Shown one piece after another: positions 26,070 to 38,500 of a DNA stretch of 64,000 nucleotides. The stretch's first letter is position 1, and each line of letters opens with the position of its first letter. Location of the stretch: assembly GCA_036172245.1 (NCBI GenBank), contig JAYWIR010000015.1, forward strand, positions 2,232,001 to 2,296,000, written 5' to 3'. Under the pieces are notes generated by a model. That model was not told the DNA's origin. It saw only the letters and a list, made by a program, of their open reading frames with translations, and searched no databases. The position numbers were made by a program, and so were the translations under genes. Source of the stretch: Raillietiella orientalis. Its lineage: Eukaryota.

Positions 26070-27140
26070 ATTGGCAGTGTGCGTAGGGTTTCAAAGCTTT
26101 GAAGGACTAACGTTGCACCTTGCCAGAATTTTTCAAAAAGACTACACGGTTGTTAACCTGGGATTTCGGTCAGGGAAAAGGGATGCGTTCTCACTACCGT
26201 ATTACCTTGCTGAGTCACAATCCAAAAAATTGGTGACGGCTTGGCTGCATGGAGATGCTGCATTGCAACTGCGTATGCACTGTTCTGCAGTTTCTTAGGT
26301 CTCTCTCGGAAGTACGCATGCCAGTGCAGATCCGACAGACGTGGGCATTATCTGTTGCCAGAACCGAATCTGTTATTTCAGCATTTCTGGCGCATGCTCT
26401 ACCCTCTTGCAAAGATGAATGTTTCCGTTTCGGAAAACATGCAATGTGTGCTCGTCTCTTTGCACCATGCAAGGTGCATCTATTCTTCAAGGGAGGCGCC
26501 TCCTATGTCTCCGATTCGCGCAGTCATTCTTTTCTCCAAAGGAGGATGGATACCTGTGCAACTTGAGCAAACGGCGTCTGCTCAGCCCTCTAAATGCAGA
26601 CGTCAAGTTTTCTGTTCTGTGGGCGAAGGCTTTCTGGTCAGGGCGGAGCAAGCTCATGTCTTTCTAAGCTAAAACCTGTTGTTTGCTCAATTCCGGTGTC
26701 AGTTGCAGCGAACGGTCGCCCAGTTTGCGTTGAATCCCTACAAGCAGGAAGAAGGTAAGAGGCTGGTCGTGAGGGGCTTGAGGGCACCAGAGACCATGGC
26801 TATCGCGGTCTGCTTGCAAAAAGCCTTCGACTGCATGGACCAACAGTTCTTCCTGGAGTTTCTGGAACGCAGAACGATGTTGCCGCAGACTTTGAATTTG
26901 GCAACATAGGTTCCGCGATATTTTTTGGTTTCTTCTCTGCCCCCCCCCCCTCCCCCCCCTTCCCTTCCAAATATGCACTCCACGTCCAGAGCGACACACG
27001 TTCATGTAAAGCCGGTGTCGCGTTCAGAATTGCACGTCAATGTAGCGGAGCAGGAAGTGTTATTTGTTAACGGCTATGGACTTCAGCGAAAAGCATCTCC
27101 TTAGGAGAATCGCTTCCATCCAATCATCTTAAACCTTGCC
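26070..27140 (+). mobile_element. L1/Tx1-like LINE ORF2 fragment (N-terminal half of RT), degenerate
   Basis: FSPKEDGYLCNLSKRRLLSPLNADVKF (~LIPKxGDxxxLxNWRPISLLNxDYKI) and AVCLQKAFDCMDQQFFLEFL (~LDxxKAFDxVxHxFL), with a decayed QG-like motif near 27100. GC-rich and frameshifted. Confidence 0.8.
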
Positions 27141-27219
27141 ACGTAAAGGGGAAACATGATCACCCGTTGAAGTCCTGTGGCTACTTTCAGGAGACTTTCA
27201 AGACCACCTGCATATGTCA

Positions 27220-27705
27220 GTTCAGTAAGCGAGCCCAAGCGCTTCTTCATGGACTGAAGTGCTGAAAATCATGAGTCCAACGTATTTCATGTTTATTCTA
27301 TTCATGATATCCACTGATGACAGATAGTTCCTCTTGTCATCCAGCGACTGGTTTTTACTTCCCAGTGGTTTAGGCATTCTAGCTGAGGAACTCTTACTTT
27401 GGATATATGTGCACACTAAGTGAACACCTGGTTCATGTACTTCTGGACCATGTGCATCTTTTCTAATCCAGGGACGCAGCAATGGCTTTCCGTATTTCAA
27501 GATGCGCTTCACTTTTTCAAGCATCATCCCAGTATAGGTGTGCTCTGAAGGAAGCGACATTCTCATAAGCAACCTCGAAGGAGCATTTTAAGAGAGTTTC
27601 ATGCACAAATGGAGGCAAAACAACTCCACTCTGGGAGTCGATGCACATTCGCAGAGGTTCTCTTTGTTCGGCGTATTCAGAGTTGTAAGCACAGCGTCAT
27701 CACTT
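27220..27705 (-). mobile_element. R2/NeSL-like (RLE-type) non-LTR RT fragment, degenerate
   Basis: Minus strand SDDAVL (~ADDLVL), ECAS (~KCAS), then EKVKRILK..LLRPWIRKDA (~LxPWQR/KxDA thumb motif of R2/NeSL-type elements) and NYLS...VGL (~YLY..GGLGL). Confidence 0.55.
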
Positions 27706-28916
27706 AAGTTGGGGTTTCCGGCTACTGGTACACTACTATTAGCACTGTTTTGTTGATGTGAATCTTGTCAGGTATATGGAAAGTTGACAAGATGATATTC
27801 TAGACACGCTAATCCTGCAGGCAGGCATGCTGGCATGCTATGCTGGCATCCCTGTATCTTTTAACGATATTGGAAGAGGAGATTAACTAATTTTTTTATT
27901 CATCAATACTGGAAAATTAGCGAGTTTAACCAATGACATCATCTTGCTTGACTTTCAAAAACCAATCAAAATGGATTTTGTCAAAATTATTTGGACTTAC
28001 CGAAAATTACATCCTGATTTCGATAGTTTATTCAACAAACCGAGAATAGAACCACTTGAAAATAATTGGATTCTATTGTCGATATGTTGAATATACGATT
28101 GGTGTGAGGAAATGAGCAAATCGTTCTTTTATACGAAAGGTATTTTGATTTAATAGGAAGCATTTTCTGGGAGTTCTCATTGGGAGACCACTAAGCTACA
28201 TCTTTGATCTTATTCTTTGATCTCTGACATGATCAGATGATATGCAGTTTTATACTTGGAGTTTCTATTGGCAAGTGCTTTTTTTTAGAAAACAATTATT
28301 TCGAGTCGACTGCTTACCTTCCATACAAAACAAATCCCTAATTCAGCTGGGAACATGGTAACTATGAGAACATGAGAACTGAGAGAAAGACATCTATCAA
28401 CACTTCATATGTGGATTGTTTTACAAACATGAATAAATCTCTCCTTTACTATTTATAAATTCACAATTCTTGTTACAGAAAACATGCGTCAGCCATAATA
28501 ACCAAAATGTTTGCTAAACTGAGCATCCAGCCTTTCCAGGATCATCGCAACTCCAGAAATCGCAATCGATGATCATGCTGTTAGCAATGCAAACAAGCGT
28601 GAAACAAATTCTTTCTTTTTGCACACAAAACTGGAATTGGGTTCATTGAAGGAATCGTAACATGCACAAAAAATTGATTAAAACAGCTTCATTTTCTCAT
28701 TCTTGCAAAAAACAAAATTAATACTATAGGTCTCCATGGACGATGCTTACGGTGAAAACACCAGCAATTCTGTGATGAGTTCTGAGTGTTTTTCCCTCAC
28801 TCCGGTGTTGCTAAGTTTTTGGTTCTCTCTGAACAGCAAACGGAATGAGTTTCAAAATCTGGAAATTATTTATTTTGTAATCACCATACTGCTGCTGTTT
28901 CTGCATTTGAGGCAAT

Positions 28917-28992
28917 TAGAAGGAACTGCTTCAAGACCTAGTGTGTAGCTTTTGAAATTGCTACACACTAGGTCTCGAAGCAGTTCCTTCTA
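28917..28992. repeat. 33-bp inverted repeat (1 mismatch), 10-nt loop
   Basis: TAGAAGGAACTGCTTCAAGACCTAGTGTGTAGC-ttttgaaatt-GCTACACACTAGGTCTCGAAGCAGTTCCTTCTA. Confidence 0.95.
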
Positions 28993-30825
28993 TCATCATA
29001 CAGACAGTATATGTCATGTTTAAGTCGTTTATGTTGAGGGTTCCTATATGATGATATCCATGGAAAGATATTGGGTACTCATATACACATATCTATATTC
29101 TGATTAAAACCTTCACACACTTGTAAAGTTGGTACATACAAATACAGTATAATTCTTGACGAAAAATTGCACATAGTTACAAACAGAATGAGTTCCTACA
29201 TTTTCGTTTCCCTCGTTTTTTTCATTCCTCACAAAAAATCATGCTTGCAAGATGAACTAAAGTTGTTCCAAATATTGCAAGGCATTTTTCAGCTTGAATG
29301 CTACTTTTTTAAAATTCAAAGTTGCCTATATGGTCCCTAGATACAAGTAGCACCTGAATCAACTTGATGATCAAAGTGCATTTTTTAATATCTCATTGTT
29401 AAGATTACTTTTGTACTCTTATGTGCATTATCATGGAGTTCCAGTCATAGAACCAAATGTTTCCGATGCTTATTTAAAAGAGAAAAATTTTAGTCAGTCA
29501 CAATTCAGATAACTTGTAGACCGTATCGTCAGGAATCCAGAAAGTCAGTAGCTGAGCTGAGAGTGATTCTGATACGAACCAAGCTTCTTTTTTAAAAAAA
29601 TCAAATTCAACATTTACAAAAGATTGTAGCTGTTCATGTGATACTCTTAATTCAAATTGAAAAAGTTACTGAAAACGAAATGTGATGGTAAAGTAAAGAT
29701 ATCCATATGTTAATTATTTATATTTAAAAATATTTCATTTGTATTTACTATTTCATCAATTACACCATTCTTATGCGAAGTTTACTGAAAGACTATTCTC
29801 AGTTTACTTTAACTTGTAAGTAACTTTGAAGATGATCTCTTTTATTCATATCTTACTGAAGTTTTAAAAACAGATTCGATCGATAATCGGTGTTTTATAA
29901 GATGAAGATTCAGTACTGTGCGAGATCTTCGTCATCCTTATGAATAACACTTTAAGTTCTGCAGTCAGAAACAGAAAACATCTATGCTTTAAAGATATGA
30001 AATTTCAGAGTGCAAAAAATAAATTTTCGGTATCTTCTAGTTCTCAATATATGAGGAAATTAATGAACTGTTAAAGTATTCCTATTGCACATTGAGACCT
30101 TGATTCTAGGAAAAGATGCATACAAAATTACTCATTTGTAACTCTCAGAAATCGTTCATTTTATTTAATCATGATGTTTATATTTGTTTAGCTCCATTTT
30201 TGGCCACATTTATTGATTCATTTACTTCATGTTTATGTTAACAATACATGGATGAATTTAAACATCAAAGCATTGACACAAGAAATGTAGTATATTTCTA
30301 CTTCTCCAACCTCCATAAAAGACCATATCAAAACTGAAATGGTTTTAATTCTATCAATCAATGATGAATGCGTTCGATTTCGTTCTATTGTCCTGTTATT
30401 ACTGAATGATTAACAGGAATTTTTTTACCACATTGTAGTTAAAAATATTTATTAATTTTGAATTTTCATTGGCTTGTTATACCATATTTATGACCAATTG
30501 TCGATTTCTATTGAGCGCCATGCTAACTGAAGCAAATTGGCTTAACCTTCGTTGTTGCAATGTTTTCAGCTTAGAAATTCTGGGAACGCTGAAAGGAAAT
30601 TTGTGCTCATTGTAAATAAGTGTGTTTTGATCCCCGATTCAATTGAATGTGCATGTGAGGTGTTTGATGCTTTAAGATGACCTTTACCAGTTTGGATCCT
30701 CAGTTCTAAGATGCCTATATATTCTTTAGTAAACATTTGCGAATGTTACGTAACCATGAGACCTATCGATGAGTGTGCTTCACTGTTGAATTCTTACATT
30801 TTTACTGCAGCACTCGAAAATTGAA

Positions 30826-31959
30826 ATGTAGGTAGACGTTTGCAAAAAAAAAAAAAATAATTACAATTTTCATTAATTTGTGTTTTTGGTGTTGATTTTT
30901 ATTAATCTATGCACAGTTTTCCTGCCTAATATTCTGGTTCGTTTTTTTTTTTGAAAATGCTTAAGTGAAAAGATATCACCCATTTTAACGTGTTTCACAA
31001 GCGTCTCATGTTACAGGGCCGACTACTGGAAATCAAATCCTCGCAAATTTTGTGAGTTCTGCAAGTGCTGGTTGGCAGACAACAAACCTGTAAGTAACGA
31101 TATTTAAGCATTCTGTTTTTGAGAACTGGCAGAGTGTGGAATTTCATGAAAGAGGTAGACGACATCAGAATAATGTCAAGAAAAAACTGGCAGAGATTGC
31201 AAAAAAAGGGAGAAAAGATTTGGAAGAACAGAAAATTTATGAGAAACAGTTAAAAAAAATGGAAGCAGTAAGATTATTAAAGTTGTCTGTTAGCAATAAC
31301 AACCTATATGATTAGGCTGCTATTGCAGCCATCAGTAAGGACATGGAAGAGAATCCAGATCTGACGCACAAATATGGCAATCTTGTGAAGGCAGCGAATA
31401 ATCAAGCTGCTGGCATTCCTATCACAAGGGAATTTTTGCCTCCCACTGTAGATTTAGACATCAAGGAAAAGCGTACAAAGTGGTACATGAAGAAGGATAG
31501 CAGAGGACTAACTTACTATTGGCACACGAAAACTGGCGGTAAATGTGTTTACTTATGTTCAACTCCACTACTGATGTCCATCCAGTTGCACAATGGGAAA
31601 TTCCACGTGAAGGATTTCTCACTCTTGAGGAGCAGAGAATGGTGCGTAAGCCTGCAAAAAGAATTGCTCCAGGACCACCACCAGATGTTCCTGGAGACAA
31701 TGCATCTGAACTGGGGAAATGGGAAAAAGTTACCCCCGAGAATGATTCATTGGCAGATCAATCAGCTCAAGACTTGCAACTTCCAATCCAAGAAGAGGAA
31801 TATGTTCAGCTTGTGTTTCAAGATGATGAAGAGGAGAAGCTAGAATTTTCTGAGCGTTCTACTCCAATATTACCTAGTGTGAAGCCCACTTCATTTCGCA
31901 AGCGTCGACTTGGTGGTGAACAGAGGAACCATTTGCGTGCACGTCAGAGTGATGATTAG
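30826..31959 (+). CDS. WBP4: WW domain-binding protein 4 / FBP21, a spliceosomal B-complex protein
   Basis: Exons 31017-31089, 31133-31267, 31316-31538, 31586-31959. Matrin-type zinc finger ADYWKSNPRKFCEFCKCWLADNKPSVEFHERGRRH, one WW domain and C-terminal FRKRR..LRAR. The start codon must be split (AT|G); AT at 30826-30827 before GTAGGT is the best candidate but is less certain. Confidence 0.93.
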
Positions 31960-32568
31960 TTTAGGTGTGTTCAGTTGAACATGAATGTGCCTTAAGGAGG
32001 ATAACAGTCTGCATTCATTTAGATTGCAAAATAGAGAACAAAAATATGAGATTAAACTACTACAAGCATAAAGTGTAAAGAAAACAGCTGTGGAGGAATT
32101 GAGGCTGGTTAGGCAGAGTCAGAAAGTGTTCTCTCCTGCATGCTGCTAGTAAGTCAAGATTACAGTGACAGCTATTCTGAAGTGAGAACCTATTAAGGAT
32201 GGCTGTAATATGAACCAATAGGAGCATTAAAAAAGTTTCTTGTTGAAATTATGATGAGGTACCAATGAGTGTAGCATTTTATCACAGACTATCTGAAATA
32301 AACTATTTGCATTCAAGAAATAGTAAACTCGTTTTTCTTTAAGGCAAACGTGTTAACATTGCTTTGTCTTTACGTTACAGAAAGGTTCCAACAAAAATGA
32401 CAAAAAAAAAAAGCAAATTCAATTGTTGAGTGTTGCAATTATCAGTGCAAGTAACACCTGACACCAAGTTCTGTTTAAAAAATTTCTTTTTGCAAACTGA
32501 AATAAACAACAATCCAGAAGGAAATCTTCACATTTCACACTCTAAATTGATTTGACTTTATTCCTGTT

Positions 32569-35500
32569 TCATGATGGACACTTATTTTGAAGTTGATACA
32601 GAGAAAACAGAGCTGCAAACGATTTTGGGTTCACACAATGCTGTTTCAACACCAGTGATAACTTGGTCAAATCAGTTTGGGCCATCACTAAAAACAATCA
32701 AAAAGCCAAGTTAGAAGTACTTTAAGAGACTGAAACACTTACAATTGAGATTTCTCAAATTCCATCGATGATCTTCCAATATCAGATATGCAGCCAGATG
32801 ATACTTATCAGGGAAATCTGCAACTGGACTCTCAAAGTACTTCCATGCAAGTGCTTTAACATCTATCAACATTTATTTGTAATACAATAGAGATTATAAA
32901 TAACTAACCATTGCTTATGTTTTTCTGTAACCAACGACTGCGTAAGGATAGCGCTAATTCTCTGTTTACAGAAAAGCAATGCAGCATAGCACATGCATCT
33001 AAAAAAACCAACTGCCAAATTGCCAATGTGCTGCATGATTTTTGATCAACAGTTTGAGCAGCAATCCAACAAGGAAATATTTCTAGCATCTCTTCAGACA
33101 TGCATTTCTTCAAAAGATTGCCAGGAATCTTTAGCTCTCTTAGCAGAGAGTCATACAGTTGCTGGTGGAAAGAATTATGCCTCAAAGTATCATCATGACA
33201 TGTCATGGCGCCTGTTTTTTGCCTGACTGCCACAGCACCACCTTTAGCGAGAATAGTCAAGAGAGTGTCCCAGTTCTGCCCTCTTCGAAATACGACAGGC
33301 CAATGGCGTGAATTTTCAAGTGATACTTCTACCAACTGACTAAGTTCTGGCAACAGACATGGAGCTTTTTGGGATTCCTTAAAACCATCTAGGTATAACA
33401 GTTGAAGATTTTCAAAAGATGGCTTGCCACTTAATGCATCTCTGGGAAGAATAAGGTGCTGTTCAGCAGCCAAGACGTACAAATGGCGGAATGCTTGTAA
33501 ATGATAACGATTGTCATTGCTATGGATGGGAAATTTCGGAAAAAATGCACATAGCATAGCAGCCACAGAATTGATGGATGTGGATAGAGTGTAGCGGCCA
33601 GAGCCAAGAAACAAAAGTCCAATAGCCATGTGAACTGCCATGTGGCTGCCATACCCAACATGACTTTGACCCACACGGCTATGCAAATATCTGCAAATGC
33701 GAAGAACATCTAAATCACCAGTGCCACTCATAACTGCTGCTAAAGACAGTAGTGTCACATCCAAACAAGTTTCCACTGTTGATTTGCCACACAATTCTGC
33801 AACTGTACGCCCTGTCAATGAAATGAACATATTTGTATAGTGAAGCAATGTTTTTGCAGCATTTGGGTTGGCAGATCCTGCATAACGCAGTCCCATTACC
33901 AGGCATGCGCCAGCCAGAATATTACAATACGCTTGACTGAAAAAAGTGCACTAGAGTTGTCAGCATACTTCTACACTTACTTCACAGCTTCAAAATCAAT
34001 GTCTTGATTAGCATTAGGATCAGGGTGCAAAAGGACATATGGCAAAATAGATGATGGCACTTGACTTTCTACCCACTGTTGTGATGGGAGGATATCATTC
34101 CACAAGATAAGACCTTTGGATGCAGTCATGAGGAGAAGAAAATCAGGTCTGACAGAATCAAGCAAAAATTGGGTGCAAGGGGGCTCCATCCACTGAGCTA
34201 CTGACCTTATTGCCAAATCAAATCAACTCAATGATTAAGTTAAGTAACTTACTTGTTATTGCTATTGAAAAACATCATACCTAGAGCAAGAGTTGCCCCT
34301 GGACATGTAATGTCAATATTTCCCAGGTCTCCTTCTCTAATTTGATAACTTGGTGCACGATTGTGATCCTGTCGTGCAACTGCAGGCACAAACCATTACC
34401 CATCATATTTTTTTTTCTTACCATCTCTTTCCGACCGTAACCTTCCTACCATATAGTGGTAGAGCCGTTCAGGAAGATTCAAATCAGATAAGAGCGGGGA
34501 ACTCCCAAGACCTAAATTGACTAACCCCAGAGCAAGTCCAGCAGCTAGAGAATATGATTCTCTATCACAACAATTGTCCATTTCAGGACCAGGTGGTTTG
34601 CCTACTCACACAGATATTTTGAATATTAAAAAGGTTTCCTCACCAATTTCTCCAAGTAACACTTCTGTCATATGTCGATGTGCAGATCCTTGATAAAGTA
34701 GTCCAAGACCAAGCACAGCTGCCACTTGTACATTGTGTGGAACATCCAATTCTGTTGAGGAGGGAGGCAGCAAAGCATCTATATGTAAACTAAGCATTCT
34801 TGTCACAGTGCTATCCATGGATCCTCGTCGGGAAGCAGCTATACCAAGCAACAAGCCAACACTTGTTAGCTCTTGCATTTGAATCAAGTAGTCGTGAGCA
34901 TTAAAAAGAGTGAGGTTGCTCAGATGACCAGTTAATCCAAGAGCCATGAGAACCCCAGCATGACTTGGAAGCATTTCTGCAGCTTTGGGCTTATTGAAAT
35001 GGATCCAATTGGAACTGACTTCATGGTCAGCATCCTTACGTATTCTTAAACCTGCTGCTACACCATTATGAAACTGAGGCCAAAAATTCATGTTGGGGGG
35101 AACATCGATGTGGGTCAAATCCACTGTAGTTTGGCGAGGAGGGGCCCGACCAGTGAGACATAATTTAGGAATGGGTAAGGGTTCTGTGGGCAAGGGAGAC
35201 AATGTAAACAAAGAAAACATTCCTCGACCCACTGGCAGTGCCATAGTTCGAATACATAGATTATAAAGATGGCGCTCTTGGTCCTCAATAAAATCATGGT
35301 CACTGATATCTGGTCGTTGGGGAACAGATACTCTCACAGGCTGTGATGAGCAAAGCAGATGACGTACTTCTCGAACCCGATGATCATGCGGGAATCTGAG
35401 GCTCAAAACCTTTGATTTCAATATGAAAGAATACTGCAGGTAATTCTTACTTCCCAATCAAGTCCTTCCATACCATCTTCATCAAGATCAGGGGTAGGTA

Positions 35501-38500
35501 GTTTCCCTTCATTGGCAATCTCCAAAATCATAGGAATAGCTTTCGGGGATGTTCTCAATTTGCTGGCTTCTAGTGGAAAAGCTAAATCATGACGCCCAGC
35601 AAGTTCATAAGCTGCAGATGGCCAATCACATGGTGGATTTAGTTTACAATGGATACATGCATCCACAATAGGAATGATAACTCCAGGAGGAAAGGTTTCA
35701 AAATCATGCAATGTCAAACCTGAAATGGTCATACATGGTCGTACTGATAGTTTTGTTTGAATATCACCATTTTGACTCAAATATAGCAGCACTCTCTCCC
35801 ATCTGTTTCCCGTTTTTGGGATCATTTGTTGTGCAAAAGACTGCCGAGCAGGTGCAATGCGACGCAACAACACATTTACGTCCAGATATGTTTCCGGTAG
35901 AAATAATAGCGCAAACACCTGCATATAATGCTTACTTGAAATGATAAGCTTAGTCTTACAATAATACAGTGAGAAGTCCGCTCTGATACTGAGGGAATGT
36001 AAGGAAAAATCTCGGGAGTGATTTGTCGTGTGATATCCAATAGATGATTAAATAAATTTGGAACATGCTGTGGGAAATAGGAGGGTAAGGGTGCCTTCTG
36101 CAAAGGGCTTTCCTCTTCTGAAATTTGTGATAATATGGGGAAGTCACGCCAGTAATGATCTTGATAAGCAGGACAATGCAAATCACCAGCCAATCTATGG
36201 AGTAAGCTAGCCAGAGGTTGGAGATCAGGCCAAAACATAACATGCAGCTTGAATTCCTAAACAAATTAATCATAGCAGAAAAGTTTGTATACCTCATACA
36301 CCAGATGGAGAATGCATAAGACTGAATAAGCATAGTGTGTCAAAGGAGATGTGGTTACAGTGATTTTCGGTTGCTGCTTTTCTTCTGAGATCAAAGGCTC
36401 ATCGCATGTCAGTGGTAAGCAGTCCACAGTTGCATGGTATTTGCTGTTAACTACATACTCCCAATCCTGAAAATATTTTAGAACTATACCCTCCACTAGG
36501 GAACTTACCAAACATGATGGACCTTCTGAGCATCGCGCTTTCTTTACGGTAATCTCGGCAGAATTATCAATACTCCTTCCTTGTGGATTATCATAGCCTA
36601 GCATCTGACTAATAAACTCAATAAAGCTGCACCATTCAAATCCCAGAGAGCGATCATTTTCGCCAAGAGCATTACGAAAGGCATACCATCTAATATAGAC
36701 GGTAAGACCTGGATCCCGAGGTAAAACTGCTTGTAATCCTTCAAGACACCTTTGAGCTAGACACAAATGAGTTAATCTATTGAATCAGAAAGACATACTC
36801 AAAGGAGAGTGACAAACTTCCGGCAAGGGGAGGACCCAGAAGGAATCAGGAGTTTCCTACAATGAATTTATTTAAAAGCTTAGCATTTAACTACCACATT
36901 TTTACCAAAATTGTGCTACAGCATAAACCACCCCTGAGAGAAATGATGGAACCTGGGATCAAAGGTTCAGATTTTTCAAACTGACTTTTGACATCCATGT
37001 CTTCAGCCAAAGGCACAGGAGATAAACCTAGCACATCCACTTTAGGAGTATCCAGAGACATACAAGGGAGCATACTGCTCCGGCGTGGTCTACAAGAAAC
37101 ATATGATGAATGCACACAAATTCACTCACTGAGGTGTGGAGATTGGATTAAAAGGCCCACTCTGTCCTGATATAGCAAGAGAGGCAAATTCTTTGGAAAA
37201 ATTGAAAAACATGCCTGGTACATATACTTTGGCTACTTTAGTCATCCCTGTATACAGAGTCAAAAAGCATGCATCTTCCAAAACCAATATCATATTAATG
37301 TGCTACACAGAACATAAAAAAAATTGGTTTTGATTGCATGATATACTTCACTAGAATTGGAGCTGCATCACGTGCTGAAATTAAAGCTTGTGATCCAAAC
37401 ATCAGATGTGTGCGATCATTTGTAGATTCTAAGCGAACTAATTTGAGGTGATCGCAAGTTGGCTGCAACCAGCACAAATACTGCTGACCACAGCAGTCAA
37501 ATGATGTAAATGCCTTACTTGCCTTTGGATACCTACAGCACTCAATGTAAGAACTTACTCTTATCTAACTTACTTTGGCAAAAGTATATCCACAGGAAGT
37601 GATTCAGTCCATAGCAAATCCAAACACAGATCAGGTGGAAGGGGCTGCAAAAAATCACTTTGAAGAACAGGAGGAGTGCGAGATAAATGACTGGGTGATG
37701 AACGATGGGCTAAAGGTGACATAGTATGGAAAGAAGATAAATGGCTTGATGGAGACTGACAACGACTGTAATCAGCTGTGAATACATTGAACATAATTGA
37801 GAATATACCTCAACGTTGCTAGATGACTGAGAGAAGTGTGAGATTTGGTAGACTGAGGTGACATCCATGGTGGTAGATTTCTAGAAGATGAACTGTGGGA
37901 GGTAGGAAACAAACTCTTAAGTGTGGTACCAGGAGTGCCTACAGAACTCTTACTGGAAGGCAACTGAGAATTCTCTTGATTTTCACTAAGGTTCCAAAGA
38001 TCCTGCAAACATTAAATAAATGCAAGATTTCTAATTGATCAGAAGACCTCTGGTTGTATGTAGCGCAATTTGGCTACTGAATGAAGACCTGTTCTCTTGT
38101 CATAAAGCAGAATAAGACTAGGTTCCTCATTGGTGAAAATGATTTCTATTTCCTCTTCGGTACAATATTTGACTTTTGATCCAGTTTTCATTATCACTGG
38201 AGTAACTTCATCCAGGGGATGTGTAAGAGATAAAATAATTGTGGCTATGTCACTTTTGGGTCTGAATTTCTCTAGTTCACCAATTACTCTTTCAAAAAGA
38301 AGTCCATATTTTGTGGTCCATGTTCTACAAACCTAAACTCCTTCATTTCATTGATTCAAAAAAGCAAAGAAAGTACCTGAAATTGAAGATCAAGCATAAA
38401 GTGTTCTCCATCTTCATTTATAGACTCCAAATAGCAATCATGCACAATGCAAAGATTTCTACTTACAGCACCTCCAAAAAAAATGCAATGGTTTTTAAAG

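Noticed and set aside
32569..33300. Apparently truncated APC1 C-terminus
   Set aside because: Two more small exons extend the frame to 32569, so the tail is divergent but not clearly truncated.
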